Numbered from the stretch's first letter, positions 27,994 through 37,574 are shown. The stretch is DNA of 64,000 nt from Candidatus Micrarchaeota archaeon (GCA_026414185.1 JAOAJL010000001.1:545-64544); one strand, 5' to 3'. The notes: a model not told the origin generated them from the sequence alone. Numbers and translations: made by a program.

Positions 27994-28015
27994 TTCTGCC
28001 GCCCGATGTGTTTTG

Positions 28016-28366
28016 ATGCTCCCCTGCTCGCAAGTCCACTGGAAGATACTTCCTGCGATTTGCCGTCAGCTTGCCATCTCGCTTGAGAAGGAAAAAATAA
28101 GCCGAAAGAGGATTGCGGCTTTGCTTGGGACCACGCCAGCCGCAATCTCCCAGTATCTTTCCGGCAAACGCGGCGGCTCCCCTCTTGGCAAAAAGGCAAG
28201 GGACAGATGCGCGGCTCTTGCGAAAAAAATGGCTGCTGGAAAGGCAGGGCAGGAAGCCGTCAACCTTGAAATTGCAAGGATAATTGCCATTGCGAAGGGA
28301 GGAAGGGCAAAAAAAAGGAATCCGTGCGCAGTTTGCGCCTCGCGTTCCGCGAATGAGTCCGGGTGA
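28016..28366 (+). CDS. XRE-type HTH transcriptional regulator (COG2522-like) with Cys residues
   Basis: LPC...ILPAI...IAALLGTTPAAISQYLSGKRG; C-terminal CAVC. Confidence 0.85.
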   Translation: MLPCSQVHWKILPAICRQLAISLEKEKISRKRIAALLGTTPAAISQYLSGKRGGSPLGKKARDRCAALAKKMAAGKAGQEAVNLEIARIIAIAKGGRAKKRNPCAVCASRSANESG

Positions 28367-28371
28367 ATTGG

Positions 28372-29112
28372 ATGAGCCTTCTTGAGATTGAGAACCTGAG
28401 GGTGAGGGCGGAGGCAAGGGAAATCATAAGAGGGATTTCGCTGTCTTTGGAGGCTGGGCAGGTCCACATTATAATGGGACAGAATGGAAGCGGCAAATCC
28501 ACCCTTCTTTTGGCGCTTGCAGGAAGCCCGAGGTATGAGGTGGCGGGGAAGGCTTCATTTGAAGGGAAGAATCTGCTTTCGCTAAAGCCGCACGAGAGGG
28601 CAAGGGCGGGGATTTTGCTTGCGTTCCAGCAGCCTGTTGAGGTTCCAGGTGTGAGGATGGCGGACTTCTTGCGCAGGGCATACTGCGCCCGCTTCGGGAA
28701 GGAGATTCCGGTTTTGGAATTTGAGTCGCTCCTTCAGAGGAAAATGGATGAGCTTGGCATTGAGAGGGAATTTGCCATGCGCGGGCTGAACGAGGGCTTT
28801 TCAGGCGGGGAGAAGAAGAAAAGCGAGATGCTGCAGCTTTCCCTGCTCAAGCCAAAGCTTGCCCTGCTTGACGAGCTTGACTCGGGGCTGGATGTGGATG
28901 CGGCTCCAAAAGTCGCGGAGATGGTTGAGCGCGCAAGGCAGGACGGCGCATCCGCCATCGTGGTGACGCACTACACGAAGATACTGCGCGGCTTGCGACC
29001 AGACAGGGTGCATGTCATGAAGGACGGCAGGATAATACTTTCTGGCGATGCCCGCCTTGCGCAAAAGCTTGAGAGGGAGGGCTTTGGCTGGGCATACCGC
29101 AGCGTTGGCTAG
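28372..29112 (+). CDS. sufC: Fe-S assembly ATPase SufC
   Basis: GQNGSGKST, LAFQQPVEVPGV, NEGFSGGEKK, DELDSGLDVD. Confidence 0.96.
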   Translation: MSLLEIENLRVRAEAREIIRGISLSLEAGQVHIIMGQNGSGKSTLLLALAGSPRYEVAGKASFEGKNLLSLKPHERARAGILLAFQQPVEVPGVRMADFLRRAYCARFGKEIPVLEFESLLQRKMDELGIEREFAMRGLNEGFSGGEKKKSEMLQLSLLKPKLALLDELDSGLDVDAAPKVAEMVERARQDGASAIVVTHYTKILRGLRPDRVHVMKDGRIILSGDARLAQKLEREGFGWAYRSVG

Positions 29113-29134
29113 CGCAGTTGCCTTTTGTTTGGTG

Positions 29135-30574
29135 ATGATGTTGGATGAGAAGCTGCTGGCGGAATTTGGCAAGGACACGACTCCCAGAAAGCCGCCCCGT
29201 TCTGACAGAAAGCTAAATGTCGGCTACAAGACGGGCATAAAGGGGCTTACCGAGGAGCTTGTAAGGGAGATATCAAGGCTGAAAGGCGAGCCTGGCTGGA
29301 TGTTGCGCAGGCGGCTTGAGGCGTTCAGGATTTTCAAGGCAAAGCCCCTGCCAAGATGGGGACCCGACCTGTCGGGGCTTGACTTCTCTTCCATCGTGGG
29401 CTTTGTCCGGCCCAGGGGGAAAGAAGACGGCAGGCTGCTGAACAGCTGGGAGGAGGTGCCGCATGAGATAAAGAGGGCTTTTGAGCGGCTTGGTGTTCCT
29501 GAGGCGGAGCGCAAGTTCCTTGCAGGCGCCTCCGCGCAGTATGACTCGGAGGTGCTTTACAAGAGATTGAAAAAAAGCGCGGAGCAGCTCGGGGTGATTT
29601 TCACGGACATGGACAGCGCTGTGAGGGAATATCCCGAAACTGTGAAAGAATACTTCATGACAAAATGCGTTCCTGCTTCTGACAACAAGTTTGCGGCTTT
29701 GCACGGCGCCTTCTGGTCCGGGGGGAGCTTTGTCCATGTTCCCGCCGGGGTGAAGGTGCCAATGCCCCTGCAGATTTACTTCATGATGAATTACCCTGCC
29801 TTTGGCCAGTTTGAGCACACTCTCATAATTGCCGAGGAAGGCTCGCAGCTTCACTACATTGAGGGCTGCACCGCTCCCTACTACACGAAAAATTCCCTGC
29901 ATTCTTCGGTGGTTGAGGTGTTCGTCGGAAAGGGAAGTAGGGTGCGCTACACTTCAATACAGAACTGGAGCAGGAATGTCTATAACCTCAACACGAAGAG
30001 GGCGATTGTCGGGCAGGACGCGCTGATGGAGTGGGTTGGCGGGACGCTTGGCTCAGGCACGACGATGCTTTACCCTTGCAGCGTGCTTGCCGGCAGGGGG
30101 GCCAGGACGGAGCATCTCAACATCACTCTTGCGGCGGCAGGGCAGGTGAAGGACACTGGCGCAAAGGTTATTCATCTTGCCCCAGGCACCCAAAGCAAGG
30201 TGGTAAGCAAGTCCATATGCACAGGAGGGGGGCTTGCACGCTACCGCGGGCTTGTGCGGATTGCAAAGAGGGCAAAGGACGCAAAGTGCAGCGTGCGGTG
30301 CGATTCCATCATAGCGGACCGCACATCAAAGGCGGAAACCATACCGGTCATTGATGTGAAAAACCCAGGCGCGCTTGTCGGGCATGAAGCCTCAATGGGC
30401 AGGATTTCCGATGAGCAGCTTTTGTATCTCCAAAGCAGGGGGATAGAACCTGATGAGGCGGTCGCCATGGTGGTGCGCGGCTTTGTTGAGCCGATTGTGA
30501 GAGAACTGCCTCTTGAATACGCGGTTGAGATGAACAGGCTGATTGAGATGGAGATGGAAGGCTCGGTGGGCTAG
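29135..30574 (+). CDS. sufB: Fe-S assembly scaffold SufB
   Basis: AQYDSEV, GQFEHTLI, YIEGCTAP, QNWS, LPLEYAVEMNRLI..EMEGSVG. Confidence 0.97.
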   Translation: MMLDEKLLAEFGKDTTPRKPPRSDRKLNVGYKTGIKGLTEELVREISRLKGEPGWMLRRRLEAFRIFKAKPLPRWGPDLSGLDFSSIVGFVRPRGKEDGRLLNSWEEVPHEIKRAFERLGVPEAERKFLAGASAQYDSEVLYKRLKKSAEQLGVIFTDMDSAVREYPETVKEYFMTKCVPASDNKFAALHGAFWSGGSFVHVPAGVKVPMPLQIYFMMNYPAFGQFEHTLIIAEEGSQLHYIEGCTAPYYTKNSLHSSVVEVFVGKGSRVRYTSIQNWSRNVYNLNTKRAIVGQDALMEWVGGTLGSGTTMLYPCSVLAGRGARTEHLNITLAAAGQVKDTGAKVIHLAPGTQSKVVSKSICTGGGLARYRGLVRIAKRAKDAKCSVRCDSIIADRTSKAETIPVIDVKNPGALVGHEASMGRISDEQLLYLQSRGIEPDEAVAMVVRGFVEPIVRELPLEYAVEMNRLIEMEMEGSVG

Positions 30575-31732
30575 ATGGCAAAGGTTGGCGTTCCGCTGGC
30601 GCAAAAAGCGAGGGAGATTTCGCGGCTGCTTGGAGAGCCGGATTGGCTGCTTGGCGTGCGCCTTTCAGCAGTTTCCATCCTTGAAAGCAGGAGGGGCGCA
30701 GGCAGAGTTTCTGGCTTGAGAATGGAAGGCTCAGTCAAGCGCAGCTTCAGCTCGGAAGGAGGGGCGGCTGTCCTTTCGGTTGCGCAGGCAGTGGCGAGAG
30801 GCAATGCGCTGAAGGAGCAGCTTGCAGTGCGCCCAAACGGCATGGAAAGCGACGAGTACCTGCTTTCTCTCGCCCTTTTCACAGAAGGGACTGTTGTGGC
30901 GGTGCCGGCGGGAAAGCCCTGCAAGGTTTCAATTGAGATGGAAGGCAAGCCGCCAGATTTCTTTTCCACCTTTTTTTTGCTGGAAGACGGATGCCAGGCA
31001 AGCATAAGCATGAAAACCGCTTTTGCAAGCCGTTATGGGGAATGCAGGGGAATCTTTGCAGGCAGAAGCTCGCGCGCTCGCTTTTGCTTCGTGCAGGCAG
31101 ATTCGGCTGGGTGCAGCTCGTCCCTTGGCATGTGCGCGTGGCTTGATGAAGAAAGCCGCCTTGCGCTTTTTGGCGCAAATCTCGGCGGGGCAGGAAGGAA
31201 GGAGGGCGCCTGCCTCTTCCAGCAAAAGCAGGGCAGCCGTTGCGAGCATTATGAATCCTCCCTTGCCAAAGGCAGGCAGAGGATTGAAAAGCGCCTTTGG
31301 CACTGCCATTCAGCCGCCCGCACTTTTTCGCGCGCCTTCCTTGCTTATGCGGCAGCGGGCTGCTCGCAGGTTCTTTTTGAGGGGAATGTCAGGATTGGGC
31401 AGGAGGCGGGCGGCGCAGACGCCCACCTGCTTGCCAAGTCGCTTCTGCTTTCTGAGAAGTCTTCGGCGCGCCTTGTGCCGCAGCTTGCTGTGCACAACCA
31501 GGATGTTGCCGCTGGGCACGGCTCTGCGGTTGCGCCAATCTGCAAAGAGGAGCTTTTCTACCTGCAAAGCAGGGGGCTTGGGGAGAAGGAAAGCAGGCTT
31601 GCGCTGCTGGAGGGCTTCCTGAGCGAACCGCTGCGGAAAGGCGGGGTGGAAGCTTCGCAGATGCCCTGGGTGGCTTCCGAGCTCAAGCGACAGGCGAGGA
31701 GAATTTTTGAAGGTGAGGGGGATGGCGCTTGA
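30575..31732 (+). CDS. sufD: SufD-family protein
   Basis: LLLSEKS...VPQL...DVAAGHGSAV...LFYLQSRG; operon position. Confidence 0.88.
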   Translation: MAKVGVPLAQKAREISRLLGEPDWLLGVRLSAVSILESRRGAGRVSGLRMEGSVKRSFSSEGGAAVLSVAQAVARGNALKEQLAVRPNGMESDEYLLSLALFTEGTVVAVPAGKPCKVSIEMEGKPPDFFSTFFLLEDGCQASISMKTAFASRYGECRGIFAGRSSRARFCFVQADSAGCSSSLGMCAWLDEESRLALFGANLGGAGRKEGACLFQQKQGSRCEHYESSLAKGRQRIEKRLWHCHSAARTFSRAFLAYAAAGCSQVLFEGNVRIGQEAGGADAHLLAKSLLLSEKSSARLVPQLAVHNQDVAAGHGSAVAPICKEELFYLQSRGLGEKESRLALLEGFLSEPLRKGGVEASQMPWVASELKRQARRIFEGEGDGA

Positions 31733-32933
31733 CGTTGAGGCGATAAGGGAGGATTTCCCGATACTCAGGCGGAAGGTGAATGGAAAAAGGATTGCCTATC
31801 TTGACAACGCCGCCACTTCGCAAAAGCCGCTTGCAGTGCTTGAGGCGATGGAGCGGTATTATCGCACCTGCAACGCCAACGTCCACCGCGGAACGCACAG
31901 GCTGTCCGAGGAAGCGACCGACGCATATGAAAAGGCGCGGGCAAACATCGCAGGCTTCATAAACGCGCAGCCAGAGGAGATAATATTCACAAAAAACGCG
32001 ACGGAGGCGCTCAACCTCGTTGCGTCGGTGGTGTGCAGGCAGGCAAAGGAAGGGCAGCGGATTTTGCTTACCCAGATGGAGCACCACTCAAACATCGTGC
32101 CTTGGCAGATTTGGGCGGCTGAAAGAGGGCTTGAGCTTGGCTATGCCGAGATTGGCGAGGGATTTTCCCTTTCCGGTCAAAGCGTGTTGGAGGGGCTTTC
32201 CGGCTCGCCTTTGATCTTTTCTTTCACGCACATCTCCAATGTTCTTGGAACGATAAATGATGCGGCGTGGCTTTGCAGGAAGGCAAGGCAGGCAGGCGCA
32301 TACTCCTGCGTTGACGCCGCGCAGTCAGTCCCCCACATGCAGGTTGATGTGCGAGAGATGGGGTGCGACTTTCTCGCCTTTTCAGGGCATAAGATGCTTG
32401 GGCCCATGGGGATAGGGGTTCTTTATATGAGGCGCAGGCTTCAGGAATGCCTCCCGCCGTTTCTGGGGGGCGGGGATATGATAAGTTCGGTCGGATTTGA
32501 GCGCTCCTACTGGAACGCGCCTCCCCGCAAGTATGAGGCGGGAACACCCAACGTGGCAGGAGCAATCGGGCTTTCTGCCGCCATTGACTATTTGCGCAGG
32601 GTTGGCATGGGAAAAATCGCAAGGCACGAAAAGGAGCTTGCAAGGCTTTGCGTGGAGCGGCTGGAGGCAATTGGCAAAGCCAGGATATACGGACCGAAGA
32701 AGAGGGCTGGCTTGGTTTCCTTCAACATAGGCAGCGTGCATGCTCATGATGCCGCCGCTTTTGCAGACGGGGAGGGCGTTCAGATAAGGGCGGGGCACCA
32801 CTGCGCCATGCCCCTTGTGAGGATGCTTGGCGAAGCGGCAACCTGCAGGGCAAGCTTTTACCTTTACAACACAGAGGAGGAAGTGGAGAGGCTGTCGCAT
32901 GCGATGCGCAAGGCTCAGCGCGCACTTGGCTGA
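31722..32933 (+). CDS. sufS: Cysteine desulfurase SufS
   Basis: YLDNAATSQKP, EHHSN, SGHKMLGPMG, RAGHHCA. Confidence 0.97.
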   Translation: MALDVEAIREDFPILRRKVNGKRIAYLDNAATSQKPLAVLEAMERYYRTCNANVHRGTHRLSEEATDAYEKARANIAGFINAQPEEIIFTKNATEALNLVASVVCRQAKEGQRILLTQMEHHSNIVPWQIWAAERGLELGYAEIGEGFSLSGQSVLEGLSGSPLIFSFTHISNVLGTINDAAWLCRKARQAGAYSCVDAAQSVPHMQVDVREMGCDFLAFSGHKMLGPMGIGVLYMRRRLQECLPPFLGGGDMISSVGFERSYWNAPPRKYEAGTPNVAGAIGLSAAIDYLRRVGMGKIARHEKELARLCVERLEAIGKARIYGPKKRAGLVSFNIGSVHAHDAAAFADGEGVQIRAGHHCAMPLVRMLGEAATCRASFYLYNTEEEVERLSHAMRKAQRALG

Positions 32934-33349
32934 TGGATATGATGGATGCTGAAAGAATTTACCGCGAGAACATACTTGACCATTACAAGAGGCCAAGAAG
33001 ATACGGAAGGATGGAGGGGGCTGACGCCGAGTCCGAAGGAGCCAATCCTGTTTGCGGCGATGAGATCAGGGTTTGGCTGAAGCTGAAGGGCGAAAGAATA
33101 GAGGATGCCCGCTTTGAGGCGGCGGCGTGCGCAATCTGCACTGCCTCTGCGTCAATGCTTCTTGAGCAGGTTGTAGGAAAAAAGACGCGGCAGGCTCTTG
33201 GGATGGGCAGGCAGGAAGTGCTTGCCCTTCTTGGCATAAACCCCGGACCGGCAAGGCTCAAATGCGCCCTTCTGCCGCTTGAAGTTCTCAAGGCGGCTCT
33301 CAAAAAGCCCGCAAGCAAAGGGGGTGGAAAGGATGCTGGCAAAGGTTAG
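32933..33349 (+). CDS. sufU: SufU/NifU-like sulfur-transfer protein
   Basis: ILDHY, NPVCGD, CAICTAS, RLKCALL. Confidence 0.93.
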   Translation: MDMMDAERIYRENILDHYKRPRRYGRMEGADAESEGANPVCGDEIRVWLKLKGERIEDARFEAAACAICTASASMLLEQVVGKKTRQALGMGRQEVLALLGINPGPARLKCALLPLEVLKAALKKPASKGGGKDAGKG

Positions 33350-34184
33350 GTTTGGTCCGGCTGGGCTTCCGCATCCAGCCCGCAGCAAGGGCACTGTGGC
33401 GGGAATAGAATACTGCAGGAGGATTGGCTTGGGCGCCATGGAAGTGGAGTTTGTCCATGGAGTGAACATGGGGCAGGAGGCGGCGCGGCAGGCAGGCGCC
33501 GCCGCCAAGAGCCAAGACGTGCTTCTTTCCTGCCATGCGCCCTACTACATAAACCTGTGCGCGAAAGAAAGGGCAAAACGGCAGGCAAGCATAGGAAGGA
33601 TAGTGGATTCGGCGCGGGCTGCTTTCTGGCTTTCCGCATCGCCGGTGGTAATCCACAGCGGATTTTATCTTGGGCGCTCTTCGGAAGAATGCAGCGGGGA
33701 GGTGTTTGCGGCATATGAGGCTTGCCTTGAACAGATGCGCAAGCTCAAGATAGAGGGCGTGGCTCTTGGGGCTGAGCTTACCGGCAGGAAGTCTGCCTAT
33801 GGCAGCCTGGAGGAGATAGTCGCCCTGGCGGAGCACTTCGGGCTGGAAAACGTCGTGCCGGTGATTGACTTTGCGCATTATCACGCAAGGCACAAGCGGC
33901 TGGCGACAAAGCAGGACTACCTTGAAATTTTGGATTTCGTGGAAAGGAGGCTTGGGGGCGATGCCGGCAAAAACTTCCACTGCCACTTCTCCGGCATAGA
34001 GGCAGGCAAGGCGGGGGAGAGAAGGCATCTTCCAGTCTCCTGCCAAAGCCCGCCTTTTGCCCCTCTTGCGCAGGTGTGGGTGGAAAACGGCTGGGGCGGC
34101 AGGCTCATTTGCGAATCGCCGCTTTTGGAAAATGACGCTTTTGCCTTGCAGGAAATCTATCTGAAGGCGGCTTGCGCCAGGTAA
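33333..34184 (+). CDS. nfo: Endonuclease IV (AP endonuclease)
   Basis: HAPYYINL, VIHSG, ELTGR, IDFAH, HCHFSGI, ICESP. Confidence 0.92.
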   Translation: MLAKVRFGPAGLPHPARSKGTVAGIEYCRRIGLGAMEVEFVHGVNMGQEAARQAGAAAKSQDVLLSCHAPYYINLCAKERAKRQASIGRIVDSARAAFWLSASPVVIHSGFYLGRSSEECSGEVFAAYEACLEQMRKLKIEGVALGAELTGRKSAYGSLEEIVALAEHFGLENVVPVIDFAHYHARHKRLATKQDYLEILDFVERRLGGDAGKNFHCHFSGIEAGKAGERRHLPVSCQSPPFAPLAQVWVENGWGGRLICESPLLENDAFALQEIYLKAACAR

Positions 34185-34310
34185 GCGCAGGGCTGTGTGG
34201 CGATGGCGCATTCTGTCGCACCTCTGATGTATTTTTAAAGTTTGGGTGGGATAAGGAATGAAACTTGCTTAGGCTACGGGCTGTGGATGGCTTTTGCCTG
34301 TGGTGGATTT

Positions 34311-34910
34311 ATGTATTATGTAAATAGTTGCCGGGACAGGGTTCGCCTTCCCGCTCAGTGTTTTTCCATGAAGCTTGAGGATGCTCTCACCCAGATTCTG
34401 CGCGAAAAATATGAGAGGCGCATTGACAAGGAAGCCGGGCTTGTGCTGGCAGTCTGGAACGTGAAGGCTGCAGGCGATGGCATAGTCATACCCGGGGACC
34501 ACGCCGCCTACTACGACGTGAGTTTTGACGCGCTTTGCTACCTGCCGCAGGTAAATGAGATTGTTGAGGCAGATGTTTCCGAAATCGTGGAGTTCGGCGC
34601 GTTCCTTTCTCTTGGACCCCTTGAGGGGCTTGTCCACCTCTCCCAGATCGCAAACGACTTTTTGACATTCAACAAAAAGACAATGAGCTTCTCCGGAAAG
34701 GAAAGCAAGAAGATACTCAAAAAAGGCGACCACGTCTTTGCGAAGATATCAACTGTCAGCTTGAAGGGAAGCATACCTGAGACAAAGATAGGGCTCACCA
34801 TGAGGCCCGATGGGCTTGGGAAAGAAGAGTGGATAGGGGCGCCAAAGAAGGAGGAGGCTGAGGCGCCGAAGAAGGAGAAGAAACCCAAGAGGGAAGAGGG
34901 CGGGGAGTAG
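34311..34910 (+). CDS. rpoE1: DNA-directed RNA polymerase subunit E' (Rpo7)
   Basis: EFGAFLSLGPLEGLVHLSQI, KIGLTMRPDGLGK. Confidence 0.96.
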   Translation: MYYVNSCRDRVRLPAQCFSMKLEDALTQILREKYERRIDKEAGLVLAVWNVKAAGDGIVIPGDHAAYYDVSFDALCYLPQVNEIVEADVSEIVEFGAFLSLGPLEGLVHLSQIANDFLTFNKKTMSFSGKESKKILKKGDHVFAKISTVSLKGSIPETKIGLTMRPDGLGKEEWIGAPKKEEAEAPKKEKKPKREEGGE

Positions 34911-34913
34911 GAA

Positions 34914-35111
34914 GTGGGGCTTATGAAGGCATGCAAATCTTGCAGGCTGATTGTGGAGGACTATGCGCTTACCTGCCCTGCCTGCCAGGGGGCTGACTTG
35001 ACCGAGAAGTTTTCTGGGCAGCTTGTTGTGAATGACCCTGAAAAGTCTGAGATTGGAAAGAAGCTTTCTGTGAAGGTTCCGGGAAAGTATGCCATCAAGA
35101 TTCGCAGGTAG
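34914..35111 (+). CDS. spt4: Transcription elongation factor Spt4 (RpoE'')
   Basis: KACKSC...CPAC...DPEKSEI...PGKYAIKIR. Confidence 0.94.
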   Translation: MGLMKACKSCRLIVEDYALTCPACQGADLTEKFSGQLVVNDPEKSEIGKKLSVKVPGKYAIKIRR

Positions 35112-35123
35112 GCGGGTGGTTTT

Positions 35124-35417
35124 GTGGCAAACAAGATACGCGGCAGGGAGAAGCTTGTGACTTGCTCGTCTTGCGGCAGGACAATGCCGAAGGACAAATC
35201 AGTCAAATACGGCAGGATGAACGTCTATTCCACAGAGCTTAAAAGCGGCGACGACGTGAAAGCCACCACATTTGTTGAAAGCTATTACTGCATATCCTGC
35301 GCCAAGCACCGGCGCATTTTTGAGAAGCTTGGCAGGAAAGCAGCTATCGCCGCGGCAAGAAAGGAAAGGGAGTTTAAGCGCCCGACTGAGCGCTGGAACA
35401 GCGGGCGAAGGTGGTAG
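35124..35417 (+). CDS. rps26e: 30S ribosomal protein S26e (eS26)
   Basis: RGRE..V.CSSCGR..PKDK...YCISCAKHRRI. Confidence 0.85.
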   Translation: MANKIRGREKLVTCSSCGRTMPKDKSVKYGRMNVYSTELKSGDDVKATTFVESYYCISCAKHRRIFEKLGRKAAIAAARKEREFKRPTERWNSGRRW

Positions 35418-35472
35418 CATCAGCTTGGGAGCCGATGCCTTGCTCGCGCCTGCACTGCCAGAGGTGGTGTGA

Positions 35473-35760
35473 ATGGAGGAGAAGCTCACATTTGAGGGTC
35501 GCCAGTATATCGGGCTTAGCTTCAACCTTGGAAATGTCCCGCTTCTGATTGTGAAGGCGAAGAGGGGCTATGTTGCCTGCAGCTACATTTCCAAGGAGGC
35601 GGCAGAGAAATTCGGCGACGTTGCCGCATTTGTCTCCGGCGTGAAGACCTTTGAAGACTTCTTCAAGGCGAAAATAAAGTCCTTTACCACTTGGGCTGAC
35701 GACCTGGGAATCCGCGAGGGCATGTCGGTGAAAAAAGCCCTTGAGCTTATGGACCAGTAG
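35473..35760 (+). CDS. YunC/DUF1805-family protein
   Basis: PLLIVKAKRGYVAC.Y...AA.VSGVKTFED...LGIREGMS.KKAL. Confidence 0.85.
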   Translation: MEEKLTFEGRQYIGLSFNLGNVPLLIVKAKRGYVACSYISKEAAEKFGDVAAFVSGVKTFEDFFKAKIKSFTTWADDLGIREGMSVKKALELMDQ

Positions 35761-35800
35761 GGCGCTTTTGCAGGCGCCGCGCCTTGGCTGCCTTTTGCCC

Positions 35801-36322
35801 TCATCTTTTCAGGCGCTTGAGGGCAAGCCCTGCCAGCCTTTTCCCAGAATCGCTTCTTATCGCCTGCAAAGCAGAGGAAATAAACTGCCCCATCCTCAGG
35901 TTGCCTCCGTTCGCATTTTCTATGGCGCGCAAAAGCATGTCAAGCCCGTCTGCGTCGGAAAGAAGCAGGGCTGCCTTGGGGGGAAGGGAAAAGGGCAGCT
36001 CCCCTTCAAGATGCGTGCCTTGCACCATCTGCGCCTCAGTGCCGCGCTCGTCCGGCGCTTGCCTGCTCTTCTCCTGCGGAGTCAAATCTCCCAGCCTTGC
36101 TTCGTGCAAATCGTGCAAGATGGCTGCTTTGAGAAGCAGGTGCTCTTCTTTTTCCTCCAGACTTTCCATCTTGGCAAGCGCAAGGGCAGCCATCGCAACG
36201 CCGAAGGAGTGCTCCCCCACCGACTCGTCCGGAGCCCCTGCGCGCTTCCAGCCGCTTCTGTGAAGGTGCTTTAGCTTCATGGCATCAAGGAGAAGATGCA
36301 GGGTGCGCTCGTCGGAAGCCAT
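35801..36322 (-). CDS. HD-domain phosphohydrolase (YfbR/HDDC2-like 5'-deoxynucleotidase)
   Basis: LK...RSGW, ESVGEHSF, HDLHEA..GD, DAD.LD. Confidence 0.9.
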   Translation of the reverse strand: MASDERTLHLLLDAMKLKHLHRSGWKRAGAPDESVGEHSFGVAMAALALAKMESLEEKEEHLLLKAAILHDLHEARLGDLTPQEKSRQAPDERGTEAQMVQGTHLEGELPFSLPPKAALLLSDADGLDMLLRAIENANGGNLRMGQFISSALQAIRSDSGKRLAGLALKRLKR

Positions 36323-36368
36323 AGGGTAAGGTGCGCGCTTTGGGAATAAATAGGTGCCGCTTGCCGCC

Positions 36369-37574
36369 TTAGCCCTTCTGCTCTATTATTGAGAATCCCT
36401 TCTCCACTATTCTTTTGACCTCTGCCGCAGAATAGCCGAGCCGGATGAGCCTTGTCCTGCCGCGCATGCCGGCTCCTGACTCAACGGTTGTTATCAGCCC
36501 GAGCATCTCCAGGTCATTGAGGTATTCGCGATACCAGCGGGAAGAGCGGCGCGGCTTTCGGTAGCGGCGGCAGACGCGCGCGTAGGCTTCGTAAGCCTCG
36601 CCTGATGTTATGAAGAAATCCTCCTCTTCGCTTGAAGCAAGCCGCGTGTTTTTGCTTTTGTCAATGAAGAGGTTGGCTATGCCAAGAAGGACAAGCTGGT
36701 GGTGGTCTGGCAGGGCGGAGATTGCCTCAAAGGCTATGTCGCGGTCAACAGAGCGGCGCGCCTCCTCCACCTCCCTGTCGGTTATCCTGCGGATTGCCTT
36801 TTCGTCTGCGATTTCCCCCGCCTTCAGAAGCAGCTTGAGGGCGTAGCGCGCATCCCCGCTTTCCTGCGCGGTGAGGGCGGCGGCAAGGTTTATCGCCGAG
36901 TCGTCCGCTGTGCCGGGCTTAAAGCCGAGCCGTGCCCTCTGCGAGAGTATGGCTTGCAGCTGGCTTGCTGTGTAGGGGTGGAAAACGAACTCGTTCTCGC
37001 AAAGCGAGGAGCGGGAGCGCGAGTCAAGCTGCTCCTTGAAGGTGAGCTTGTTTGTTATGCCGATTATTGAGATGCCCCCTGATTTCAGCTCGTCGTTTGA
37101 GCGCGTGAGCGTGTAGAGCAAATCGTCCAGGTCTTTTACCATGTCCACCTCGTCAAGCACGACTATGAGAAATATTGACTTTGAGGATATCTCCTGCACC
37201 ATCCTTTCATAGAGCATGGCAAGCCCAAAGCCCATGGAATCAAGCGAGGGGAGGAGCTCCTTGACTATCTTTTGTATCACCCTGTAGCGCGAGTTGTACA
37301 TCCTGCAGTTTATGTAGCAGTATGAGCCTGGACCGGCGTGGCGCTCAAACTGCGCCATGACGTGCTTGACAGAGGCGGTTTTGCCTGTCCCGGTCTTTCC
37401 GTAGATGAAGATGTTGCGCGGGCGCTCTTTTTTGAGTGCGGGCGACACGCCCTCCATTATGCGCCGTATCTCGTTTTCGCGAAACGGCAGCGCCTCTGGG
37501 ACATAGTGGGGGGAAAGGACATTCCTGTCTGCAAAGACAGAGGGCTTTGAGAGTATCTCCGAAAAAGATGGCAT
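36369..37574 (-). CDS. cdc6: Orc1/Cdc6 replication initiator
   Basis: YVPEALPFRE, GKTGTGKT, VLDEVD, GDARYAL, C-terminal winged helix GMRGRTR. Confidence 0.96.
   Translation of the reverse strand: MPSFSEILSKPSVFADRNVLSPHYVPEALPFRENEIRRIMEGVSPALKKERPRNIFIYGKTGTGKTASVKHVMAQFERHAGPGSYCYINCRMYNSRYRVIQKIVKELLPSLDSMGFGLAMLYERMVQEISSKSIFLIVVLDEVDMVKDLDDLLYTLTRSNDELKSGGISIIGITNKLTFKEQLDSRSRSSLCENEFVFHPYTASQLQAILSQRARLGFKPGTADDSAINLAAALTAQESGDARYALKLLLKAGEIADEKAIRRITDREVEEARRSVDRDIAFEAISALPDHHQLVLLGIANLFIDKSKNTRLASSEEEDFFITSGEAYEAYARVCRRYRKPRRSSRWYREYLNDLEMLGLITTVESGAGMRGRTRLIRLGYSAAEVKRIVEKGFSIIEQKG

Noticed and set aside
34198..34235. Fluoride riboswitch-like GGCGATGG...CTGATG
   Set aside because: Pseudoknot complement after CTGATG is missing and the downstream gene is rpoE'; likely a simple hairpin.
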